From contig CALGBY010000031.1 of NCBI GenBank assembly GCA_937886445.1, positions 1 to 16,140 on the forward strand: 16,140 bases of DNA, read 5' to 3'. The notes beneath the pieces were generated by a model, which had not been told where the DNA came from, made no database searches, and was given only the letters and a program-made list of their open reading frames with translations. This document shows, piece by piece, positions 8,927 to 15,612 of the stretch. This DNA comes from an uncultured Clostridia bacterium. GTDB taxonomy: Bacteria > Bacillota > Clostridia > Christensenellales > Aristaeellaceae. A program made the position numbers and the translations under genes. Each line of letters begins with the position of its first letter. Within the stretch, counting starts at the first letter, position 1.

Positions 8927-9622
8927 ATGAAGGAAACACTCATGCGTCTCGGTATGTGCTATGAGGATCGCGTGTATGAAGATCTTGAGCGGTACATGAA
9001 GATGCTTGATGAAAAGAACCGCGTGATGGATCTGACAAATGTGCCGCTTGAGGAGATGCCGCTCAGGCATTTCGCGGATTCGCTGATGCCCTTCTGCCGG
9101 GGATTGATCCCGGCCTCGGGCAGCCTTGCCGATGTGGGGACGGGAGCCGGTTTTCCGGGTCTTCCCGCGGCCATCGTGTACCGTGATATGAAGGTGACGC
9201 TGATAGACGCGCAGCGGAAGCGGTGCGATTTTCTTGAAGAGGTGAAGGCGGAGCTTGAACTGGATAACGTAACGGTGCTGCATTTGCGCGCGGAGGATGC
9301 CGGGAAGAATGCCGCCCTGCGGGAGCAGTTCGATACGGTATGTGCGCGGGCCGTTGCCCCCCTGAATGTGCTTGCGGAATATCTGCTTCCGCTTGTACGC
9401 GTGGGCGGAAGGGCGGTCTGCTGGAAGGGGCCGGGTGTTAAGGACGAAGAGGAAAGCGGAAGAAAAGCGGCACTGATGCTCGGCGCCGGCGGGCTGACGG
9501 TTGAGGATATGCGGGTGGAAGATATGGCACACTGTGCCGTTGTGATGAAAAAGACAGACAAAACGCCCGGCCGTTATCCCAGAAAAAGCGGAATGCCGTC
9601 CAAAATGCCGCTTGGCGTGTAA
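8927..9622 (+). CDS. rsmG: 16S rRNA (guanine527-N7)-methyltransferase RsmG (GidB)
   Basis: The SAM-binding motif DVGTGAGFPGLPAAIV is present, and RKRCDFLEEV...LELDNVTVLHLRAED is typical of RsmG. I chose ATG 8927, preceded by GGGAGA. The ORF-track start at 8906 is a TTG that overlaps the holA stop, so the start remains uncertain. Confidence 0.88.
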   Translation: MKETLMRLGMCYEDRVYEDLERYMKMLDEKNRVMDLTNVPLEEMPLRHFADSLMPFCRGLIPASGSLADVGTGAGFPGLPAAIVYRDMKVTLIDAQRKRCDFLEEVKAELELDNVTVLHLRAEDAGKNAALREQFDTVCARAVAPLNVLAEYLLPLVRVGGRAVCWKGPGVKDEEESGRKAALMLGAGGLTVEDMRVEDMAHCAVVMKKTDKTPGRYPRKSGMPSKMPLGV

Positions 9623-9665
9623 GCCGGGCTGATTTGAGCGATATATTAATATTGCTAATAGAATG

Positions 9666-9694
9666 TTGAAATATCCGGAATGATTGTATATAAT
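9666..9694 (+). promoter_or_regulatory. Near-consensus sigma-A promoter for the DUF3783/CE4/EAL/HAD cluster
   Basis: TTGAAA (9666-9671), an exact 17-nt spacer, then TATAAT (9689-9694), in an AT-rich intergenic region about 75 nt upstream of ATG 9769. Confidence 0.6.
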
Positions 9695-9768
9695 AGCGGT
9701 ACAGGCTTACAGAATAATGTACCGATCAAATATCCTGATTGAAATACCGGACACGGAAAGGGATTTGT

Positions 9769-10158
9769 ATGAAGCAGCCGGCTGTACTGTGCTTCTGCAC
9801 AGACGCGGAAGAAGAGAAAAAAATACGCGCGTGTGCCGTGATGAACAGGATCCTGTTCAGAAAAGCGGATGCGGATATGAAAGCAAAACCATTGGGCGCC
9901 CTGTTCACTCTGCCGGAGAGCGGAAGCGTTGAAGGTGAAGGAAGCGAACTGCCTGACCGTATGCTGGTGATGGCGTTCTTTACCCCTGATCTGATGAACC
10001 GCTTTCTCGGCACTCTGAAAACGCGCGGCGCGGCTTCCGGCTGGGTAAAGGCGGTACTTACCGCGACCAACGCGATGTGGACACCGGATAAGCTGAAGAC
10101 GGAACTGGACAGGGAAAAGGCTGCGCTTGAAAACGGACAAAAGGCCGTGCACGGCTGA
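9769..10158 (+). CDS. Small DUF3783-like protein of unknown function
   Basis: The C-terminal segment LVMAFFTPDLMNRFLGTLKTRG...VKAVLTATNAMWTPDKLKTELDRE matches the DUF3783 signature as I remember it (KAVxTxxNxxWT...L..EL). The start is ATG 9769, after GGAAAGGGA. The ORF-track start at 9739 has no ribosome binding site. Confidence 0.6.
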   Translation: MKQPAVLCFCTDAEEEKKIRACAVMNRILFRKADADMKAKPLGALFTLPESGSVEGEGSELPDRMLVMAFFTPDLMNRFLGTLKTRGAASGWVKAVLTATNAMWTPDKLKTELDREKAALENGQKAVHG

Positions 10159-10180
10159 CCGGGGTAAGGAGGATCGAGAT

Positions 10181-10819
10181 ATGGACACTGAAAAACTGAT
10201 CGCGCTCAGCTTTGATGACGGGCCGAACCTGACAACTACGCTGCAGGTTCTGGATGTGCTTGAGAAAAACGATGTAAAGGCTTCTTTCTTTCTGATCGGC
10301 AACAAGATCACAGATGAAACAAAAAAAGTGATGATGAAAGAACTTGAGCAGGGGCATGAGATCTGCTGCCATTCAACCGCTCACCGTGTGATGAGCGAAA
10401 TGACCTTTGATGAGATCAAAGAGGACATCAGCGCCTGCACGGCGAAGATCGCGGCGGTGACCGGAAAGGAACCCGCGTTTTTCCGTCCGCCGTATATTGC
10501 CGTCAATGAAACGCTTCTGAAGGCCGTTTCCATGACCTTTATTTCCGGGATCGGCTGTGAAGACTGGGTGCCTGCTGTATCCGCTTCCGAACGCGCCCGA
10601 AGGATCATGGAAAACGCCGAGGATGGCCAGATCGTGCTGCTGCATGATTTTGAAGGCAATGATAATACGGTGGAAGCGCTGAAGACTGTGATACCGGAGC
10701 TGAAGAAAAGAGGATACCGTTTTGTGATGGTATCAGAATTGTTCCGCCTTAAGAAGATCGTACCTGCAGGGATGACTGTTTACAGCAATGTGCTTCAGAA
10801 CACTAGGGTGTGTTTCTAA
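10181..10819 (+). CDS. Polysaccharide deacetylase (NodB homology domain, carbohydrate esterase family 4)
   Basis: All five CE4 motifs are present in order: SFDDGP, HSTAH, FRPPY, GCEDW and LLHD. No signal peptide or TM segment is visible. The start is ATG 10181, after TAAGGAGG (10164-10171). Confidence 0.85.
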   Translation: MDTEKLIALSFDDGPNLTTTLQVLDVLEKNDVKASFFLIGNKITDETKKVMMKELEQGHEICCHSTAHRVMSEMTFDEIKEDISACTAKIAAVTGKEPAFFRPPYIAVNETLLKAVSMTFISGIGCEDWVPAVSASERARRIMENAEDGQIVLLHDFEGNDNTVEALKTVIPELKKRGYRFVMVSELFRLKKIVPAGMTVYSNVLQNTRVCF

Positions 10820-10967
10820 ATTCAAAACGATGCATTTTCAGCATCTTTTCCATCATTTCTGCGTTGTCGAACCTCGATTTACCTCCAGTAAACCTTCGGT
10901 TCTTCGCCTTGAACTGACGGAAAATCTGCTTGAAACTGCACATTCCTCATTTTAGAGACACACCCTA
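10804..10967. repeat. Long imperfect palindrome with 17-bp terminal inverted repeats (MITE-like element or large structured intercistronic hairpin)
   Basis: TAGGGTGTGTTTCTAAA (10804-10820) is the reverse complement of TTTAGAGACACACCCTA (10951-10967) at 16 of 17 positions. Further complementary blocks run inward to an apical stem, TTTAC/GTAAA (10878-10882 / 10888-10892), with loop CTCCA. CAC flanks both ends. Confidence 0.6.
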
Positions 10968-11003
10968 CACACTGAGACGATAAATGACTGAAAGGATAAC
11001 GCC

Positions 11004-14000
11004 ATGCTCTCAGACCGTAAGATTATTGCTCTTTGCCTGAACTGCTTTCAGGATGCCAACCATGCGCCCTTCGTGAACGCGCTCCATAAGGCGGCGATGA
11101 AACACGGCTGGCGTGTAATGGTATTTGCCTCATTTTCAAAGAACATCGCGCCCGGGACAAAAAACACGCCTTCCGTGTTTGATCTGATCAATTTCAAAAC
11201 GGCGGACGCGCTTGTGGTCTCCTATGGCGGAAGGCAGCCGGATGAGGGCTTGAAGCAGGCGATCGTCCGGGCGAAGGAGGCCGGAAAGCCAACAGTCATC
11301 ATAGGGACGAACTGGGATAATGAAGACGCGGTGTCCCTGACGGCAGATCATACCGAAGCCTTCCGCTCGCTGATCATCCATCTGATACAAAAGCATCAGA
11401 TCGGCAGCGCCGTGCTGATGAACGGAAGCCGGGAGGGAGACAGCCACAGCAGGATGTGCGAGCGCGTTTTCCGTGAGGTGATGGCGGAGCACGGGCTTCC
11501 GGGGGACAGCCGCAGCTGTCTGTATACCGAATACCGCGACAGTGCCGTTTACGAAGCAGCGGAGAAACTGGCGGCATCCGGCAAATTGCCCGGTGCTGTG
11601 ATCTGCGCTGATGATCGCATCGCACGCGCTGTGTGCAGGGCGTTTTCCAATCTGGGCGTTCGTGTTCCGGAGGATGTTATTGTGACCGGCATTGAGAATG
11701 AGCCGGGAGATGAATATTTTGTTCCGTCTATTGCTGCATGTCGGACGGACGCGGAACAGGCAGCCGCTATGTGCATGGAACTGCTGGAAGAAAAAACGGT
11801 GACCGGCAGCGCGGGAAAAAGACTGAAAAGCAGCTTTTTCCCGGATACCTCCTGCTGCGGAACAGAGCATAACAGTGTTTCGGCGGAACAGATGCGCAGC
11901 CTGATAAGCGGGATGACCCGCCATGAAGAGCATATGTATTCCTGGATGGAGGAGCTTTCCTGCGCAGAGGATTGGAGCGGCCTGTATTCCGCGTTGTCCC
12001 AGATCATTTCACGTTTTTCGGTGCTTTGCCTGAACAGCTCCGTTTCTGATGTGATCGAAGGCAAAAAACGGGATGAAGCAGACCGTAAGGAATACACTGT
12101 GATCCGTTCTTCAAGAAGCAATAATGACAAACTGTCGGTGTCCAGACAGACGATCGACAGTATCATACCGGACGCGGAGGCCTGGGCAGCCGGAGATAGG
12201 CTGTGCGTGGTCACCCAGATCACCGCCGGTGATATGGTATGCGGGCGCTATGTGCTGTCCATGGACGAGATGAACAGCGAAAAGTATAAGATACGCCGGG
12301 TAACGCGTACGCTGAGCACCGTACTGGGAATGCTTTTGAACAGAGGAAGCGACGGACGGAGAGCGGAAAATGACGCGGAGAACGGGTTTTCCGTCAGAGC
12401 ATCGGGCTTGCCCGGGCTGGAGGGTGCTGTACGCTGGTTTGAGGCTTTTTCCGCTCTTCAGGAAAACCATCGCCTTCAGATCACCGCTACGGTATACAGC
12501 CTGCCGAAATACAGTTATATTTATGAAAACTACGGCATTTTCGACACCGAGGAAACCGTGCAGATGATATCTGAAGCGCTGAGAAGAAACGCGTCCGGCA
12601 AGCGCGGACTGACAGCGCAGATCAGTCAGAATGAATTTTTGCAGATCTTCTGCCTGCACGAGGATGTGAACGCGGCGGATGAAGCGGCCGCGGCGATCAA
12701 AAATGTATATAAAGCAGTGGAGAAATTTAACGCGGAGGCCGGTAAGGACTATCAGGTAGAAGTCAACAGCGGTTATACGACAGCCGCTCCCGGCTGGCAG
12801 GGAACGCTGGAGACCTTTGTCAAGCTTGCTTCCGGTGAAATGTATAAAAACCGTATGCTTCACGGGCAGGAACAGGGCGGACACACTGAGCATGCAACGC
12901 TGGAAATGTACAGCATGTTCAATTATCTTGTGGATAACAATCTGTTCACTTTCTGCTTCCAGCCGATCGTTGACGCGAAGACCGGATCGGTATACGGCTA
13001 TGAGGCGCTGATGCGCACATCCGGCGGGGTGAAAATGTCTCCGCTGGATGTACTTGAGACCGCGCGTGATTATCATCGCCTCTATGACATCGAAAAGATC
13101 ACACTGTTCAGTATCGTTGAGCGCTATGAAAGGGAGTTTGACAGCTTCCGCGGCAGAAAGCTGTTTATCAATACGATCCCCGGCAATTTCCTGAATGAGA
13201 CGGACAGCATGCTTCTTAAGGATAAATACCGTACCCTGCTGGATCATTTTGTATTTGAGATCACTGAGCAGGATACCATTTCGGATGAAGAACTCGGAAA
13301 GATCAAGTCTGTTTCCTGCGATGGTCAAAACGGCCAGGTGGCTGTAGACGATTACGGAACAGGCCATTCCAATATCGCAAACCTTTTGCGCTACGCGCCG
13401 CAGATCATCAAGATCGACCGTTTTCTGATCAGCGGTATACAGAATGACCTGAATAAACAGATGTTTGTTCAGAATACCATTGAGTTTGCACGCCTGAACG
13501 GGATCAAGGTACTGGCTGAGGGCGTTGAAACCTTTGAAGAACTGCAAAAGGTCATCGAATGCGGCGTGGACCTGATCCAGGGCTACTATACGGCCAAGCC
13601 TGCTCCTTTCCCGCTTCAGAACCTGCCGGCGAAGATCAAAAACGAGATCATCGCGGAAAATCTGCGTATATCTCGCTTTGACAATGATCTGCTTGTTTAT
13701 AACGCCTCAAGCGGGGAAAAGATCGATATCATCGATCTGGCGTACAAGAAATATGCCTATGTCAATGTGGCTGAGGGCGAAGTGACCTTTACCGGAGAAA
13801 AGGACAATACGGTCGATCTGGTGATCCGTGTAGCGGAACAGACGGATGCGTGCCTGATCTTTGATAATGTGAATATCAAGGGAAGTGTTGAAACAACAGT
13901 CCAGATCGGCCGCGGCAGCCGCGTGGAGATCGTGCTGTACGGAGAGAACACGCTGAATAAGGAAGGAATCCATGTTCCCGAAACGGCATCTCTTTTGCTG

Positions 14001-14888
14001 CGCGGTGACGGCAGCCTGACGATAAACGGCAACCGCAATTTCGCGGTGGGCATCGGATCAAACTACAGTGAGCCTCACGGTGAGATCGATATCGATATCA
14101 ACGGAAAGCTCAGCGTGATCTCATCCGGTGATAAAGTGGTAAGCATCGGCGGCGGAAGAGAGCGTTCCGCGCAGATCCTGCTTTCACACGGAACGGTATG
14201 TGTAGATGCCAAGGGGATCGATGTGCTGGGCATCGGCAGCGTGGATGACTGCGCGACTGTGAGGATCATCGACGCGGATGTGCGCGTACACTGCTCCGGC
14301 AATAACGCTGTGGGGATCGGGTCAGTCAAGGGAAGCGTGGATATTGAGACCTGCGGGAACGTGTATACGCTTTCGGACGGTGAAAAAGCGGTCGGTATCG
14401 GCACCTGTACAGGCACCGGCGGCCGTGTGAAGCTGATACGCGGCAATGTTACGGCTGTCACTCACTGCGACATCGGTACGGGGATCGGTTCCGTAAGCGG
14501 AAGTGTATCGGTGGAAAACATCGGAGCCTGTACCGACTGCTACGGCGAGGGAACGAGAGTAAGGAGCTTCGGCAGTGTGACCGGCAGATGTGTGACCCGT
14601 ATCACCGGCGGATGCGTCCGCGCGCGCGTACAGGCCGCGGAGGAGCTGCCCTTCGGCGGAGAGGCGGACAGCGTTGTGATCACCGGCGGAAATGTGGTAA
14701 GCGATTCTCCCGTTCCGGTGGCTGTGAACGATTTCGGAGAGCCGCTTATCAGATACAGCCCGAAGGGACACCGGTTTGAGAAGAACGTCGTATGCGGAAA
14801 CGGCGAATATGTCTACACGGCGGTAAGAGATGAAAACACAGGTGAATTATCTGTTTATCTTCCTCATTCCGCCGTTTGCGGGGAATAA
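11004..14888 (+). CDS. Multidomain c-di-GMP phosphodiesterase: LacI-type sugar-binding (PBP1) fold, unassigned region, degenerate GGDEF, EAL and a C-terminal Gly-rich beta-solenoid-like repeat domain
   Basis: The PBP1-like region (aa ~5-265) contains VICADDRIARAVCRAFSNLGVRVPEDVIVTGIEN. The degenerate GGDEF (aa ~465-622) has SQNEF in place of GGDEF. The EAL domain (aa ~633-870) has FQPIVD, GYEALMR, FINTIPGN, FEITE, VDDYGTGHSN, IKIDR, LAEGVET and IQGYY. The region aa ~895-1294 carries six GIG-type repeats. The ribosome binding site GAAAGGA is 7 nt upstream. I see no TM segment or signal peptide. Confidence 0.9.
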   Translation: MLSDRKIIALCLNCFQDANHAPFVNALHKAAMKHGWRVMVFASFSKNIAPGTKNTPSVFDLINFKTADALVVSYGGRQPDEGLKQAIVRAKEAGKPTVIIGTNWDNEDAVSLTADHTEAFRSLIIHLIQKHQIGSAVLMNGSREGDSHSRMCERVFREVMAEHGLPGDSRSCLYTEYRDSAVYEAAEKLAASGKLPGAVICADDRIARAVCRAFSNLGVRVPEDVIVTGIENEPGDEYFVPSIAACRTDAEQAAAMCMELLEEKTVTGSAGKRLKSSFFPDTSCCGTEHNSVSAEQMRSLISGMTRHEEHMYSWMEELSCAEDWSGLYSALSQIISRFSVLCLNSSVSDVIEGKKRDEADRKEYTVIRSSRSNNDKLSVSRQTIDSIIPDAEAWAAGDRLCVVTQITAGDMVCGRYVLSMDEMNSEKYKIRRVTRTLSTVLGMLLNRGSDGRRAENDAENGFSVRASGLPGLEGAVRWFEAFSALQENHRLQITATVYSLPKYSYIYENYGIFDTEETVQMISEALRRNASGKRGLTAQISQNEFLQIFCLHEDVNAADEAAAAIKNVYKAVEKFNAEAGKDYQVEVNSGYTTAAPGWQGTLETFVKLASGEMYKNRMLHGQEQGGHTEHATLEMYSMFNYLVDNNLFTFCFQPIVDAKTGSVYGYEALMRTSGGVKMSPLDVLETARDYHRLYDIEKITLFSIVERYEREFDSFRGRKLFINTIPGNFLNETDSMLLKDKYRTLLDHFVFEITEQDTISDEELGKIKSVSCDGQNGQVAVDDYGTGHSNIANLLRYAPQIIKIDRFLISGIQNDLNKQMFVQNTIEFARLNGIKVLAEGVETFEELQKVIECGVDLIQGYYTAKPAPFPLQNLPAKIKNEIIAENLRISRFDNDLLVYNASSGEKIDIIDLAYKKYAYVNVAEGEVTFTGEKDNTVDLVIRVAEQTDACLIFDNVNIKGSVETTVQIGRGSRVEIVLYGENTLNKEGIHVPETASLLLRGDGSLTINGNRNFAVGIGSNYSEPHGEIDIDINGKLSVISSGDKVVSIGGGRERSAQILLSHGTVCVDAKGIDVLGIGSVDDCATVRIIDADVRVHCSGNNAVGIGSVKGSVDIETCGNVYTLSDGEKAVGIGTCTGTGGRVKLIRGNVTAVTHCDIGTGIGSVSGSVSVENIGACTDCYGEGTRVRSFGSVTGRCVTRITGGCVRARVQAAEELPFGGEADSVVITGGNVVSDSPVPVAVNDFGEPLIRYSPKGHRFEKNVVCGNGEYVYTAVRDENTGELSVYLPHSAVCGE

Positions 14889-15610
14889 TGAAGAAATATA
14901 CAGCAGCTGTGTTCGACCTTTACGGCACGCTTACCGATGTTTTGACAGACGAGGAAGGGGAGGAGACCTGGGACCGTTTTTCCGCATATCTTACGGAAAA
15001 CGGTATGCCCTATACCTCTTCAGAAGCAAAACGCGTGTTTACAGCGGCAGAAAACGCTTTGAAGCGTAAGCCGTCCTGTTACCGGTATCCGGAGTATGAT
15101 ATCCTGCCTGCCTTCGAGGCATTATGCCGAGCCAAAAAGCCGGACGCGGGCAGAGATGTTGCGCGGGCGGCAGGTGAATGCTTCAGAAGATGCGCTTTGC
15201 GCCGGCTTGAGTTGTATCCGCATACGCTTCAGGTCCTCAATGCGCTGAAGAAGCGGGGGATCCGTCTGTATATGCTTACAAACGCACAGGCTGTCTATAC
15301 GAAACAGGAGATAGAAACACTCGGTCTGTATGATTATTTCGATGCGGTGTATATCTCATCCGAACGCGGATGCATGAAGCCGGACGCCGCGTTCTTTGAT
15401 GCCCTGCTTTCTGAGCAGGGGCTGAAGCCGGAAGAAACGCTGATGATCGGGAACGACGCGTTTTCGGATGCAGGTGTTGCCCTGGCGGCTGGAACGGATT
15501 GCGCGTTTCTGAATACAGGCGGCAGTACGGGAATAATGCTGGAATGCCGGTTTGTATACCCGGACGGGGATATCATTCATGTTCTTGAAGCATTTTCTGA
15601 AAATGAATAG
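14888..15610 (+). CDS. HAD-superfamily hydrolase, subfamily IA, with a 2-haloacid-dehalogenase-like DxYGT motif I
   Basis: Motif I is AAVFDLYGTL, motif II is YMLTNA, the motif III Lys is in CMKPD, and motif IV is IGNDAFSD. ATG 14888 shares its A with the upstream TAA stop (TAATG). The ORF-track start at 14876 lies inside the upstream gene. Confidence 0.85.
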   Translation: MKKYTAAVFDLYGTLTDVLTDEEGEETWDRFSAYLTENGMPYTSSEAKRVFTAAENALKRKPSCYRYPEYDILPAFEALCRAKKPDAGRDVARAAGECFRRCALRRLELYPHTLQVLNALKKRGIRLYMLTNAQAVYTKQEIETLGLYDYFDAVYISSERGCMKPDAAFFDALLSEQGLKPEETLMIGNDAFSDAGVALAAGTDCAFLNTGGSTGIMLECRFVYPDGDIIHVLEAFSENE

Positions 15611-15612
15611 AA

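Noticed and set aside
8927-9622. rsmG located after holA rather than in the usual mnmG-rsmG-parAB origin-proximal cluster.
   Set aside because: rsmG placement varies among Clostridia, and one window cannot show where oriC lies. Nothing here is actionable.
10830-10955. A 41-codon ORF (MHFQHLFHHFCVVEPRF...) inside the palindromic element, and a 23-codon ORF on its opposite strand.
   Set aside because: There is no ribosome binding site, the composition is dictated by the palindrome, and I recognise no motif. Mirror-image mini-ORFs are expected by chance in a hairpin-forming sequence.
12111-13547. A 478-aa ORF on the minus strand inside the EAL gene. Other long antisense ORFs occur at 3786-4637, 4709-5479, 7845-8651, 8690-9532, 11136-11933, 11549-12223, 1004-1662 and 6105-6662.
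   Set aside because: In each case the opposite strand carries a protein with unmistakable family motifs (EAL, MBL, HolA, RsmG, HisKA). The antisense translations are compositionally odd (rich in R, H and S, with no motifs) and lack ribosome binding sites. I treat them as shadow ORFs, which are typical of GC-biased codon usage.
14043-14492. Regularly spaced repeats that might have been a CRISPR-like or other tandem DNA repeat array.
   Set aside because: The periodicity exists only at the protein level (GIG motifs). The nucleotide versions differ at most synonymous sites, and the region is in frame within a long ORF.
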